A stretch of 49,315 nt of DNA from Bacteroidales bacterium (GCA_003251015.1 QKIO01000258.1:1-49315), one strand, 5' to 3'. Counted from the stretch's first letter, positions 1-10,402 are shown. The notes: generated by a model not told the origin, from the letters alone. Made by a program: numbers and translations.

Positions 1-202
1 TTAGGTATAAAAAAAGGATGTACATATTTTAATGTCTTTAAGTTCTTGACTTTGGAAACCATTGTCAGGAATTTTATCCACTGATAAAGTTATGAGCATT
101 TAGACCTGTAAGTCTTTGATAACTCTGACAGTGTTGTTTTTTTACCAAACGACAATATGTATTCTGCAAATCCATTATCCACTATTCTTTATTAATTAAC
201 CA

Positions 203-1639
203 TTATCTCCTTCTTCTGTGCTTACTATACGGATCATTCACACAAGGCAAAGCCTTAATCCCCTTCGGATTTTTCTTATTTCTTCCTGTTGATTCCCGGC
301 AACCAAAAATGAGGGTAAAACCAGTTCTCAGGTTAATGTTGCGAGTATCACTCAAATCGGTAAAAGCAAACACATGATCACTTATCAGATGCCAATGAAA
401 AAAACCAAGTTTAGCCCCAAAACCAGCACCGAAGTTCGATTCTCCATTTTGAAAGGTGTACGACATAGAGCCGTTAATCCCATTAAATTCAAAAGTATTT
501 ACCGAAAGCGTTAATGAAGAATGTACTCTGTTTTTATAGAATTGATTTCGAAGAGTCGCTCCGGCGTTTAAATGAGATAATAGTTTATAAGATGCTCCCA
601 TGTATATTTGCGTTGGTAAAGCAGTGGTAAAAGGATCATTCCCAAGTTCCGGATTGTAGGTGTCCGCAAATTCATTACTCAACCTTTGTAAGTAATCCGA
701 TCGGTAATCAGTATCCGGTCCGGCACCCTGAAAAATTATTGATCCGCTACCTTTAAATGAGCTCACATCGCTTTTCCAAAAGATGTATCCCAGATCCAGA
801 ACACTTCCTGAGATCGTAATTTTCTCATTGAGATCATAAACTACACCCAGATCCAGTGCCATGCCGAAGTTTTGACGATTAAAAAAGTATTTCATCACAC
901 TAAAGTCATCTTTTATGGCTGCACCAGTGATCACACCTTCTGCATCTGTTTTAAATTCAACCGGGAAGGAAGCATAAGCTTCAGCTGAAAAGTCAGTTTG
1001 TAAGGAGTAAAAATCATTTCCGGTTCGTATGTAACCTGTTGTATTGGCCGTATACGCTGCCGCTTTACCAAAGAGGAATTTAGTTCTAAAACCGAGTTTA
1101 AGTTTCTCGTTGATGTCAAACGCTGCTCCCAATGCATATTCGCGGTAATGAAAGGCATTGCCACGTATGCCACTTAAAGATGCTTCTTGACCTATAAATG
1201 GTTCATTCCCGTACCAGGCTAGTTTTGTGGCATCGGCGTTTAAGGTGTTGTAAGTTGTAAATTTTTCGGTTAGCGATAAGGTGAAAAAGGCGTTCATATA
1301 TTTCCAACCAAAGAAGAAAGGCGTGTAATGTAATTCAGCACTAATGAGTTCTTGTCCCTTTAAATCGTCAATAACATTTCCGGGTGCAAAAGCATAACCT
1401 TCAGGTGTTCGTTCCAATAGTTCTTTAACCGTAAAAGCAGTATTGTTGTAATTGGTGTGAATAGATGCTGCCCCTGGCAAGCCAATATTAATTTTACATT
1501 TACCGCCAATGGCAGGATTGATAAAATGTGTTTGAGGTAAATCGTGCATCAAAAACATAGTCTCGTTTTGTTGTGCTTCAATTACACCGGTTTGAAACCA
1601 AATAACTAAAATGAGTAGGTATGTGTAATTCTTTTTCAT
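203..1639 (-). CDS. putative outer-membrane beta-barrel protein, distantly PorP/SprF-like (family uncertain)
   Basis: 478-aa ORF with a signal peptide (LLILVIWFQTGVIEAQQ). It is followed by LPQTHFINPA, which resembles the N-terminal motif of PorP/SprF-type barrels, and has an amphipathic aromatic-rich strand pattern throughout. It overlaps the upstream lipoprotein ORF by 4 nt. A basic tail (KHRRRR) follows the last predicted strand. Confidence 0.45.
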   Translation of the reverse strand: MKKNYTYLLILVIWFQTGVIEAQQNETMFLMHDLPQTHFINPAIGGKCKINIGLPGAASIHTNYNNTAFTVKELLERTPEGYAFAPGNVIDDLKGQELISAELHYTPFFFGWKYMNAFFTLSLTEKFTTYNTLNADATKLAWYGNEPFIGQEASLSGIRGNAFHYREYALGAAFDINEKLKLGFRTKFLFGKAAAYTANTTGYIRTGNDFYSLQTDFSAEAYASFPVEFKTDAEGVITGAAIKDDFSVMKYFFNRQNFGMALDLGVVYDLNEKITISGSVLDLGYIFWKSDVSSFKGSGSIIFQGAGPDTDYRSDYLQRLSNEFADTYNPELGNDPFTTALPTQIYMGASYKLLSHLNAGATLRNQFYKNRVHSSLTLSVNTFEFNGINGSMSYTFQNGESNFGAGFGAKLGFFHWHLISDHVFAFTDLSDTRNINLRTGFTLIFGCRESTGRNKKNPKGIKALPCVNDPYSKHRRRR

Positions 1640-2253
1640 ACTTCTTTGCTATCTACTCTTAATAAGACTCTTGCTCCTGAGCTAATTTTAACACTGTATT
1701 TTTGCAGTTTCTGTTGAGTCGTTTGGTCGAGTATAAAATCTTCAAAGGTGCTCATGAAGATGATTCGGCCAACACTTAATAATCCATCAATTTGCTCCTT
1801 GCTTAACTCAAATTCGGTTACTTGCACGTTTGTATTAATAATATTGCCTTCAAGATTAACTTCTACCGGGCTTAGATATATGGGATGATCTTGAGTTAAA
1901 TCGATAAAACTTCCATCAAAGTCTTCATAAGCCATTTGAATTCGAATGCCTGCCGGAAAACTATTCGTCGAATTGATTTTTAAGATCACACGTACAATTT
2001 GCTTTGGACTTTCTACATTTTCTGCAAGTTCAAAAAAGACGGTATCGTTTTTCGTAAAAGTCAATGGCTCTGGTGTATCTGGTAATTCAATGGGGAGTTG
2101 GTTGATGGATATAAACTGAGCATCTATTTTTCCAATAGGAATGGCCAGTTCCGGCGAATAAATTAGGTCCTCCGAAATCTCATTGAGATCTAAACCTATA
2201 CAAGCCGATAGACTCACAATCATTAAGGTTAATATGGTGTGTATTGGTTTCAT
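1636..2253 (-). CDS. hypothetical lipoprotein
   Basis: 205-aa ORF with a signal peptide and lipobox (MIVSLSAC). It is translationally coupled to the downstream barrel ORF by a 4-nt overlap. I recognise no family. Confidence 0.5.
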   Translation of the reverse strand: MKPIHTILTLMIVSLSACIGLDLNEISEDLIYSPELAIPIGKIDAQFISINQLPIELPDTPEPLTFTKNDTVFFELAENVESPKQIVRVILKINSTNSFPAGIRIQMAYEDFDGSFIDLTQDHPIYLSPVEVNLEGNIINTNVQVTEFELSKEQIDGLLSVGRIIFMSTFEDFILDQTTQQKLQKYSVKISSGARVLLRVDSKEV

Positions 2254-2455
2254 AGTTGATATGATTTTGAACTAGCATTTGAAATAAGTGTTATACCAAT
2301 ACCGAAGGCTATCCAATTATGGTAATTATCATAAAAGATAAATCTTCAGAAAATCATCTATAAGCTTTTAGAGTGTTAGATATTAATATGTAAAATGCCA
2401 ACTAGTTATGTCTATTGACCTAAGCCGCCATTGACCTATTGAACCTAACAACCTA

Positions 2456-4486
2456 ATGAAATATAATATTAGTACACACAAGTTAATACAAACCCCTATG
2501 CATGACAACCGTTTAATTTACGAATCAAGCCCATATTTACAGCAACATGCTCATAATCCTGTCGATTGGTGGCCCTGGAGTCCCGACGCATTAAAAAAGG
2601 CCGAGGAAGAAGATAAAATGTTGTTAATCAGTATAGGTTACTCCGCTTGTCACTGGTGTCATGTGATGGAACATGAGTCCTTTGAAAGTGAAGAAGTCGC
2701 TCAACTCATGAATGAGCATTTTGTTTGTATTAAAGTCGATCGGGAAGAACGGCCTGATGTCGATCAGGTGTACATGGATGCCATTCAAATGTTGACCGGA
2801 AGAGGAGGTTGGCCTTTGAATTGCTTTGCTTTACCTGATGGACGGCCTGTTTGGGGAGGTACCTATTTTCCAACGCAACAATGGGTACAGGTTATTCAGC
2901 ACTTAAGCCAGCTGTATAAGAATGATCGATCCAAAATAATACAGCAAGCTGATGGTCTAATGCAAGGGATCTCACAACAAGGTTTTCCTGAACTAAAAAC
3001 AAATCCTCCTGAAATCGATTTGGATGCCATTGTAGAAATTTTGGCTAAAGATGTGGATTATCAACATGGCGGATTTAGCCCTGCACCTAAATTTCCCATG
3101 CCGGTTTTACTCAATTTTTTGATGGCAATTGGTCATCAGGAAAATAATGAAGGCTTATTGCGTTTTGTCAATTTTTCATTAGATCGTATGGCTTTAGGAG
3201 GATTGTATGATCAGGTTGGAGGAGGATTTACCCGTTACTCTGTTGATGCTCGTTGGATGGTTCCGCATTTCGAAAAGATGCTTTATGATAATGGGCAACT
3301 CTTGGCTTTATATGCAGATGCTTATAGGCTTACCCATAAAGACTTATATAAAAATGTGATCGAGCAGAGCTTTGATTTTTTACAAAGAGAAATGCAAGCT
3401 CCGGATGGTACTTTTTATTCTGCCTTAGATGCTGATAGCGAAGGTGAGGAAGGAAGGTTTTACATCTGGAAGTACTCTGAACTCGTTGATGTATTAGGTG
3501 AAGAGATGGATTTCTTTGAGTATTATAACATTAGCGAAAAGGGAAATTGGGAGCATGGACAAAATATTCTGCATGCAGAAAAAACGATTGAGAAGTATGC
3601 CGAAGATAAAGGTTTAAAGCCCGAAGCTTTAAAAAAGCGATTTCATGCCAATGTCAACAAACTGTTTATTGCTCGTGATAAACGGATTCGCCCCGGCTTA
3701 GACAATAAGGTTCTCAGTTCCTGGAATGCCATGGTCATGAAGGGATTATGCCAAGCTTATCAAGCCTTGGCCGATGATAAATATTTAAATGTGGCCCAAA
3801 AAGCCATGTCTGCTTTATTGGCGAAAATGATGACGGATGAGGGGAAGTTGTATCGCGCTTTTAAGAGTGAAGAAATTGGAATAGATGGGTTTTTAGATGA
3901 TTATGCTTTTGTGATTGATGCTTTGTTAAGCCTTTATGAAGTATCATTTAATGAAGAATATCTAAATAAGGCAAAAGCTTTAGTTGATTATGTGATGGAC
4001 TATTTTTATGATGAGGCAAACGGCATTTTTTATTATACAGCATCTAATGGAGAACAATTAGTCGCCCGAAAAACCGATGTGCAGGATAATGTAATTCCTT
4101 CCTCGGTTGGAACGATGGTGAACAATTTAATGCGTTTATCTCAATTGGAGTACAATTCAGATTACGAACTTATTGCCGAACTGATGATAAAAAAAATGCA
4201 GGCCATGGCAAATGAACATCCTCGTTATTATTCCCAATGGGCCTTATTAGCGCATCAATGGAAAGTTGGACGTGAGGAATTAGTCATTGTAGGTGAAAGA
4301 GCCGAAATGTACAGGCAAGAGTTGCAAAAACAATACCGCCCTTATGCCATGTATGCCGGATCATTAGATGGTGCTAGTCAATTAGAAGTTTTACAAAATC
4401 GCTTTCAAGCAAATCAAACTTTAATTTATAAATGCCATCAAAAAAGTTGCGATTTGCCTTTTGTTTCTCCTACAGATTTAGATTGA
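2456..4486 (+). CDS. thioredoxin-domain protein, YyaL/DUF255 (SSP411-like) family
   Basis: 676 aa. The N-terminal thioredoxin-like region carries NPVDWWPW and [14 protein letters not shown]. The long alpha-helical C-terminal region is typical of YyaL. The true start could be the internal Met at 2498. Confidence 0.9.
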   Translation: MKYNISTHKLIQTPMHDNRLIYESSPYLQQHAHNPVDWWPWSPDALKKAEEEDKMLLISIGYSACHWCHVMEHESFESEEVAQLMNEHFVCIKVDREERPDVDQVYMDAIQMLTGRGGWPLNCFALPDGRPVWGGTYFPTQQWVQVIQHLSQLYKNDRSKIIQQADGLMQGISQQGFPELKTNPPEIDLDAIVEILAKDVDYQHGGFSPAPKFPMPVLLNFLMAIGHQENNEGLLRFVNFSLDRMALGGLYDQVGGGFTRYSVDARWMVPHFEKMLYDNGQLLALYADAYRLTHKDLYKNVIEQSFDFLQREMQAPDGTFYSALDADSEGEEGRFYIWKYSELVDVLGEEMDFFEYYNISEKGNWEHGQNILHAEKTIEKYAEDKGLKPEALKKRFHANVNKLFIARDKRIRPGLDNKVLSSWNAMVMKGLCQAYQALADDKYLNVAQKAMSALLAKMMTDEGKLYRAFKSEEIGIDGFLDDYAFVIDALLSLYEVSFNEEYLNKAKALVDYVMDYFYDEANGIFYYTASNGEQLVARKTDVQDNVIPSSVGTMVNNLMRLSQLEYNSDYELIAELMIKKMQAMANEHPRYYSQWALLAHQWKVGREELVIVGERAEMYRQELQKQYRPYAMYAGSLDGASQLEVLQNRFQANQTLIYKCHQKSCDLPFVSPTDLD

Positions 4487-4514
4487 TGAATTTTTATCAA
4501 ACATTTTCACGAAT

Positions 4515-4545
4515 AGCCTCCTGTTTCAACAGGAGGTTATTATTT
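4515..4545 (+). terminator. intrinsic terminator hairpin after the yyaL-like gene
   Basis: CCTCCTGT-TTCA-ACAGGAGG is an 8-bp perfect stem, extendable by A-T and G-T pairs. A T-rich tract (TTATTATTTTATT) follows. It lies 30 nt after the stop codon. Confidence 0.55.
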
Positions 4546-4555
4546 TATTGAGAAT

Positions 4556-5101
4556 CTAATTCGACGATTCAAGAATCCGGTAAGTTAAGTCGCGTATAAA
4601 ACTGTGAATCGGTTTGTCCTCCTTTTGTTCATCATCAAGTACATAGTTATCTGCTGTAATATTTCCAAGATACTCTAATTCAAGTGCCTTAAAGAGCCTT
4701 TTGAATTCAATTATACTTGTTGAAGAATCTCCTTTAATGGTGCTTTTGGGGGAAATTAACGCTGCCTTTTTACCCGATAGTCTTTTATTGATGATAAAGG
4801 GTTTAAAGCGGTCTAGCAGAATGTGCTTTTCATTTCCAAGCCAATATACAGGTGTGCCAAAAATGAGCACTTCACTTTTTTCCATTTTTTTGTAAACGGT
4901 TGGCATATCGCTTATTTGCAGGCAAATGTCAGTGATAAGATTGCACTCTTCGCATTCTTCACAAGGAGGGATGTTAAAATCTTTAATGTTTATTAATTCG
5001 CAAGTAATACCAGACTTGCTTAAACCATTAAAAATCTGTTTGGCTAATGCAATGGTGTTATCGCTCTCTTTTATTGATCCCGTAAAAATACTTACTTTCA
5101 T
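4556..5101 (-). CDS. flavodoxin-fold NAD(P)H-dependent FMN reductase, iron-sulfur flavoprotein (Isf)-like
   Basis: 181 aa. The N-terminus MKVSIFTGSIKESDNT resembles the FMN-binding loop. A compact cysteine cluster CEECEECNLITDIC (CX2CX2CX6C) is of the type seen in Isf proteins. Confidence 0.65.
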   Translation of the reverse strand: MKVSIFTGSIKESDNTIALAKQIFNGLSKSGITCELINIKDFNIPPCEECEECNLITDICLQISDMPTVYKKMEKSEVLIFGTPVYWLGNEKHILLDRFKPFIINKRLSGKKAALISPKSTIKGDSSTSIIEFKRLFKALELEYLGNITADNYVLDDEQKEDKPIHSFIRDLTYRILESSN

Positions 5102-5340
5102 GTGTTAGAGATTATTGAGTAGAATTTAATTTAGGAAATATCTTTCGTAAAAGAAAGAGTATCGGGAATTTAAAAAAGATTCTTTAAAGGTGGATTTTAA
5201 TGACTGCAAAAATGTTACTTCTATGCTGTGGATATAAAATCCACAGGAAGGCTATATTTTTGTAGCATATCTTTTACAGAATTGAGTTGTTAACTTCGTC
5301 CCGGTTACGCATCATTCATTCATTTATTAGTGAGGGTATT

Positions 5341-5727
5341 ATGAAAACAGTGGTTTGTGCAATTATTTGGGAAGATAAAAAAGTATTGGTGGCGCAACGT
5401 TCGAGTTCTATGGATCAGGCTTTAAAATGGGAGTTTCCTGGCGGTAAAGTAAAACACGGTGAAAGTTTTGAGAACTGTGTAATTCGTGAAATTAATGAGG
5501 AACTAAGTATTCTTGTTTCAGTTGAAGCTTATTTGGATTGTTTCGAATATTTTTCAGAAAACTTAAATATACAATTGCATGCTTTTATGTGTAAAATAAA
5601 AGAAGGGCATATCGTGGTGAATGAGCATGCAAGAATTAAATGGTTGGAAATTTCAGAATTAGATAGGTTAGATTGGTGTGCACCCGATATTCCACTTGTT
5701 AAATTCCTAATGTCACGGTATTCCTGA
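5341..5727 (+). CDS. Nudix hydrolase, MutT-like (deoxy)nucleoside triphosphate pyrophosphohydrolase
   Basis: The Nudix box GGKVKHGESFENCVIREINEELSI fits GX5EX7REUXEEXGU. I moved the start from the TTG at 5287 to the ATG at 5341 (MKTVVCAII). Confidence 0.8.
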   Translation: MKTVVCAIIWEDKKVLVAQRSSSMDQALKWEFPGGKVKHGESFENCVIREINEELSILVSVEAYLDCFEYFSENLNIQLHAFMCKIKEGHIVVNEHARIKWLEISELDRLDWCAPDIPLVKFLMSRYS

Positions 5728-5796
5728 TTTACTCTTTTCATCTGCTGATTGGCGTTGTATCTTGGTTAAGGAGTATGTTTAATTAAGATATCAGAA

Positions 5797-6066
5797 ATGA
5801 AACGTGTGAGAATAATTGTTGATGGAAGGGTGCAAGGTGTTGGTTTTAGATATTTTGTGGCAGATGGAGCTAAGTTGTATAATTTGCATGGATTTGTCCG
5901 GAATTTAGCAGATGGTAAGGTTGAAATCGATGCTGAAGGAGAGGGGGAGAATGTACATCAATTTTTGGATTCTTGTCGAAAAGGTCCAAAATATTCGCGA
6001 ATAGATACCTTTCTGGTCAAAGAAATCCCGTATTATGGTTTTGAATCTTTTCGAATTAAGTTTTGA
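5797..6066 (+). CDS. acyP: acylphosphatase
   Basis: 89 aa with the signature VQGVGFRYF and a second motif GFVRNLADGKVE. The size is typical of the family. Confidence 0.9.
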   Translation: MKRVRIIVDGRVQGVGFRYFVADGAKLYNLHGFVRNLADGKVEIDAEGEGENVHQFLDSCRKGPKYSRIDTFLVKEIPYYGFESFRIKF

Positions 6067-6710
6067 TGAAAAAATGAATCAAGTTATATTTCTGGGGAGA
6101 ACATATACACTTCCGATTATCACTGATTAAAATGCTTTATCAAAATGGCATCTCTGCCTCTAACTATTAGGATAATTAGGAGCGTTTATTTTAAACGTTT
6201 TGAATAGTAATCCGGTTAATCCTGTGCATCCTGTCTCATTTCTTGTTTTGCAGGGTTTACAGGATTAAGAAAATGCTAAAATTTAACTAGTATTCTAATT
6301 ATTGAAGGATAGAGCTTTAGCATTTTGGCTTGATCCCATTTTTCTTGAAGTTGATTTTGAGGAACTAAAGAAAGACGTAATTCAACCTGCGTCAATTCGT
6401 CCCCTGGCTTCCAGCTTCATCCTAAAAAAAAACTTTCTTAAACTCTTGGTTTGATTCCTTGTTGGCAGGTAATCTATAACTTTCTAAATAACATAAATAG
6501 GATGCTGGAATAAAACCAACACCCTATTTATCAACCTAACCCAAATCTATGAAAAAAATGTATATATATAACGTCTGATACACACAAAAGGTTAGTGTGT
6601 ATTTAGTTAATATGTTTAAATTAATGTTAACTGTTTTAAAGTACTCCTTTTTATCGGAGATGGTTTAGTGCAATTGGCTAATTTATAAGGGAATAAGGAG
6701 TGGGTTGCAT

Positions 6711-6737
6711 AAAAAAAAGCTACCATTAGTGGTGGCT
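6711..6737 (-). terminator. probable intrinsic terminator of the tRNA-Asn pair
   Basis: The minus strand reads AGCCACCA-CTAA-TGGTAGCT, with 7 of 8 stem positions paired, followed by T8. It lies 4 nt downstream of the distal tRNA. Confidence 0.45.
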
Positions 6738-6740
6738 TTG

Positions 6741-6814
6741 CTCCTCAGGTAGGACTTGAACCTACGACCTACGGATTAACAGTCCGCCGCTCTAACCAAC
6801 TGAGCTACTAAGGA
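6741..6814 (-). tRNA. tRNA-Asn (anticodon GTT)
   Basis: The reverse complement folds by hand into a cloverleaf: acceptor TCCTTAG/CTGAGGA, D arm GCTC..GAGC, anticodon stem GCGGA/TCCGT with loop CTGTTAA, T arm GTAGG-TTCAAGT-CCTAC, discriminator G. It is 74 nt and CCA is not encoded. Confidence 0.95.
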
Positions 6815-6894
6815 ATTTGTTTTTGAGAGCTTCAACTCTTACTTAAAATCAGCTTTTCAGGTTGTCCTGATAGCTATCAAGGATGACCCTTATG

Positions 6895-6968
6895 CTCCTC
6901 AGGTAGGACTTGAACCTACGACCTACGGATTAACAGTCCGCCGCTCTAACCAACTGAGCTACTAAGGA
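6895..6968 (-). tRNA. tRNA-Asn (anticodon GTT), second identical copy
   Basis: 74 of 74 nt are identical to the copy at 6741-6814. The two are in tandem with an 80-nt spacer. Confidence 0.95.
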
Positions 6969-7062
6969 ATTTATCTTTGAAAGTACAAAGAGCATTTAGT
7001 TTTAAAGGTGACCTTTTTGTTAAATGCGTTGCAAAATTATAAGGAATCTTCAAAATATGCAA

Positions 7063-7070
7063 TATATTTG
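7063..7070 (+). promoter_or_regulatory. candidate Bacteroidota -7 box (TAnnTTTG)
   Basis: TATATTTG lies 47 nt upstream of the adenosine kinase ATG. This is a motif match only. Confidence 0.3.
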
Positions 7071-7117
7071 CTGATATTTTTTAAAATAAATTTAAAATAA
7101 TTTTTAAGTCCTTAATT

Positions 7118-8092
7118 ATGAGCAAAGTATTAGGAGTCGGAAATGCCTTGGTAGATATATTAACCCAATTAGAGAATGATCAATTACTTGAAATACTCCA
7201 ATTACCTAAGGGAAGTATGCAATTGGTTGATGAAAGTGCAGCTCAAAAAGTGGTAGATGCAACCTCTGGTTATCAGCAAGAAAAGGCCAGTGGTGGATCG
7301 GCTGCAAATACAATACATGGTTTGGCCACTTTGGGTATTGACACAGGTTTTGTAGGGAAGGTTGGCGATGATGATCTTGGCGCATTTTTCAGAAACGATA
7401 TGTCTGATCATACCATTATGCCTCATATAACTTTTGGGTCTCAGCCCACCGGTAAAGCCAATGCACTAATTAGTCCGGATTCTGAAAGAACCTTTGCGAC
7501 TTATTTGGGTTCTGCTGTTGAATTATCTTCTGATGATTTATCCGATGAAATGTTTAAGAATTATAAATATCTTCATGTCGAAGGATATTTAGTATTAAAT
7601 CAAGACTTGATCGAAACAGCATTTAAAATTGCAAAACGTAATGGACTTATTACCTGTATAGATTTGGCAAGTTTTAATGTAGTTGAAGATAATTTGGAGT
7701 TTCTGACCAAATTAGTAAACGATTACGTAGATATAGTTTTTGCAAATGAAGAAGAGGCCAAAGCATATACCGGAACCGAAGGTCGGGATGCCTTGGATAT
7801 CTTAGCCGAAAATGTAAATATTGCCGTCTTAAAATTAGGTAAAAGTGGTTCTATGATTAAACGCGGCGATGAGGTTGTTCAAGTTGGCGTAATTGATGTA
7901 AAAGCCATTGATACAACCGGGGCAGGTGATTTATATGCTGCCGGCTTTATTTATGGTTTGATAAATGGATTCTCGTTAGAAAAATGTGGACGAATCGGTG
8001 CTATCCTTTCCGGTCATGTAATCGAAAAAGTTGGTCCTAAAATGGATGAAAACACTTGGACTCAAATTAAATCAGAAATCGCTGCATTATAG
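7118..8092 (+). CDS. PfkB-family carbohydrate/nucleoside kinase, probably adenosine kinase
   Basis: 324 aa with N-terminal GVGNALVDIL, an SGGSAANT motif and the C-terminal PfkB signature DTTGAGDLYAAGF. Confidence 0.75.
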   Translation: MSKVLGVGNALVDILTQLENDQLLEILQLPKGSMQLVDESAAQKVVDATSGYQQEKASGGSAANTIHGLATLGIDTGFVGKVGDDDLGAFFRNDMSDHTIMPHITFGSQPTGKANALISPDSERTFATYLGSAVELSSDDLSDEMFKNYKYLHVEGYLVLNQDLIETAFKIAKRNGLITCIDLASFNVVEDNLEFLTKLVNDYVDIVFANEEEAKAYTGTEGRDALDILAENVNIAVLKLGKSGSMIKRGDEVVQVGVIDVKAIDTTGAGDLYAAGFIYGLINGFSLEKCGRIGAILSGHVIEKVGPKMDENTWTQIKSEIAAL

Positions 8093-8346
8093 TTTCCTAA
8101 TTTAATTGATCAAGAAAAGGTGCTGATTCCTGTGAATGTGCCCGTTATGCTTGAGATCAGCATAGATATAAACAGAATTTGAGGGTTATTGTTAATAAAT
8201 AACTGCTCATCTTCTGTTACCGTTATTTCCATTTTTGCGTTATAGTTTGTAACTTGAATACAACATTGCCTAACATTATGTGTTGAAAATAGAGGATGTG
8301 ATGATAACTAACTGAGTAAAATCAGTTTTGACCAAACCGTAACTGC

Positions 8347-8835
8347 ATGAAAACTTTTAAAATAAATGTTCCCAAATCCAGGGAAGATTTTGTTTTGGAA
8401 CTTCTTCAGCGTTTTGAATTTTGTAAAATTGAAGGCGTTGATAAAGATGGGAATAAAGAATCCCTAAAAACAAAGAAAGCTTCACCGAAAACGAGCGAAG
8501 AAGATATGCGTAGCCTTCAAATGGCATTAGAACGCTTAAACCGAGCCCGAGATAAAAATCAACCGGTATTATGTAATTTCAGATTTCCTACTCAAACTCT
8601 TCGAGGTTCAAAGGATGAGATCAAAGTGTTTACTAAAATAGAAGACTTGCAAGTGTATCTGACAAACTATTTTCGGGTTAAAGTAGATCAAGTCGTATTC
8701 ACCAAAAATCAGGATGAAAAACAAGAAGTAATTGATGATTTTTATGTTTTTATTCAAGTAAAAGATACCAATGAGCAAATGACCAAGATACTTGCTGGTT
8801 TTGCTGATTATGATTTTAGTAAGAAGAAGGAATAA
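8347..8835 (+). CDS. hypothetical protein
   Basis: 162-aa ORF, charged, with no signal peptide and no motif I recognise. It sits in an otherwise ORF-free gap and is followed by a hairpin. Confidence 0.45.
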   Translation: MKTFKINVPKSREDFVLELLQRFEFCKIEGVDKDGNKESLKTKKASPKTSEEDMRSLQMALERLNRARDKNQPVLCNFRFPTQTLRGSKDEIKVFTKIEDLQVYLTNYFRVKVDQVVFTKNQDEKQEVIDDFYVFIQVKDTNEQMTKILAGFADYDFSKKKE

Positions 8836-8883
8836 TCAAATTCTCATGTGAATATACTATGCCATCAGTGGTAAAAGTGAAAA

Positions 8884-8917
8884 TCTCAATGGTTTTACTG
8901 AGTAAAAATCATTGAGA
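8884..8917. terminator. hairpin between convergent genes (possible bidirectional terminator)
   Basis: TCTCAATG..(18 nt)..CATTGAGA is an 8-bp stem with T-rich flanks (CTTTCTATTTT) on the plus side. The large loop weakens the call. Confidence 0.35.
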
Positions 8918-8942
8918 CTTTCTATTTTAATTGGAAGGAAGT

Positions 8943-10232
8943 TTAAATATTCTTGGTGTTTCCTTTAAAAGGTTGGATCAGAACTCTTAGGTTTTGATCA
9001 CGCATAAAATAATTTTGCGCCCAGTTGATAAAAATAAAGAAGCGATTTTTTACGCCCACAATGGCCATTAAGTGAACAAATAGCCACATAAACCAGGCTA
9101 ATCCACCGGATAAATGCAAGAATGGCAAATCAACTACTGCCATGTTTCGACCTATTGTTGCCATACTTCCTTTGTCTTTGTAGGTAAATGGTTTCCATTC
9201 CTTTTGGGTACGAAGGTTTTGGGCCAGATGATGTGCTTGTTGGATGGCAACTTGTGCAACCTGTGGGTGTCCATTGGGATAGTTATTGTCTCCATCCATG
9301 ATGCACGAATCTCCAATGGAAAAAACATTGTCTAATCCATTTATCCTGTTAAAAGCATCAACTTTTATTCTACCTGCTCTGCCATACGCCTTTTCATCAA
9401 TACCCTTTAATGGTTTTCCGCTTACGCCGGCCGTCCAGAGTAGGTTTGAAATGTTCTCAGTTTTTCCTTCCGATAAAGTGATCTTTTCGCCATCAAAATC
9501 TTTAATCATGGTGTTAAGTTTGACTTCTACACCTAGTTTTTCCAGAAATCTAACTGCATCTTTTCCAGATTTATCCGACATTCCATTTAATAATCGAGGA
9601 GCCGCTTCGTACAATACTATTTTCATTAAACTAAAGTCCAGTTCAGGATAATCTTTCGGTAAAACATCCATTCGCATTTCTGCCAAAGCACCACATAATT
9701 CTACACCGGTAGGACCACCTCCAACTACTGCTACTGACATGAGTTTGCTTTGCTCATTTTTATTTTCGGTTAAAATGGCTTTTTCATAGGATGCCAATAT
9801 GCGGTTGCGCAAGTTAATGGCCTCTGCTGTTGTTTTCATGGGCAGGGCATGTTGCTCCACATTTTTATTGCCAAAATAATTGGTTTTTACCCCGGTTGCA
9901 ATCACCAAAAAGTCGTAATGCAGTTGACCGCTGGTGGTAATAACAAAATTATTTTGGGTGTCTATACTCTGTAATTCTGTTTGTCTAAAATGTAGGTTCG
10001 AATGGTTTTGAAAGACTTTTCTAACCGGAAATGAAATGGAGCTTGGCTCAATTCCCGAGGTTGCAACTTGATAAAATAAAGGTTGAAATTGGTGGAAATT
10101 TTGCTTATCCAGCATCACCACCTGATATGGTGATTTACTTAACATACGAGCCATTTTTAAACCGGCAAATCCTGCACCTACAATGACTACTCTTTTTTTT
10201 CCGTTGATAGGTAAATTAAAATTATTTTCCAT
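8943..10232 (-). CDS. ndh: type II NADH:quinone oxidoreductase (NDH-2)
   Basis: 429 aa with two dinucleotide-binding motifs (VVIVGAGFAGL and VAVVGGGPTGVE), GDS(C) near the C-terminal FAD region, and a C-terminal amphipathic/membrane segment. Confidence 0.9.
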   Translation of the reverse strand: MENNFNLPINGKKRVVIVGAGFAGLKMARMLSKSPYQVVMLDKQNFHQFQPLFYQVATSGIEPSSISFPVRKVFQNHSNLHFRQTELQSIDTQNNFVITTSGQLHYDFLVIATGVKTNYFGNKNVEQHALPMKTTAEAINLRNRILASYEKAILTENKNEQSKLMSVAVVGGGPTGVELCGALAEMRMDVLPKDYPELDFSLMKIVLYEAAPRLLNGMSDKSGKDAVRFLEKLGVEVKLNTMIKDFDGEKITLSEGKTENISNLLWTAGVSGKPLKGIDEKAYGRAGRIKVDAFNRINGLDNVFSIGDSCIMDGDNNYPNGHPQVAQVAIQQAHHLAQNLRTQKEWKPFTYKDKGSMATIGRNMAVVDLPFLHLSGGLAWFMWLFVHLMAIVGVKNRFFIFINWAQNYFMRDQNLRVLIQPFKGNTKNI

Positions 10233-10402
10233 TCTTGTCTACTTGCGTTATTTCATGAAGAAACAGAAATGTGGATGAATAGTTTAGTATTTAGAGAAAA
10301 AAATCTTTAATTAATGTTAAACGTAAAATTTACTGTCGAAAAACTTCTATCACGAAAAATTGTTTTATTTGTACTGATCGTGATTATTAAATTTGTTTGG
10401 TG

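Noticed and set aside
5287-5340. N-terminal extensions given by the ORF caller at 5287, 10397 and 40030 (TTG starts).
   Set aside because: The extensions add non-homologous residues ahead of clear family N-termini (MKTVVCAII for Nudix, the signal peptide for DUF922, [11 protein letters not shown] for Tpx). Internal ATG starts are preferred.
9114-9651. Two plus-strand ORFs (73 and 121 aa) inside ndh.
   Set aside because: They are antisense shadows of a well-supported NDH-2 gene.
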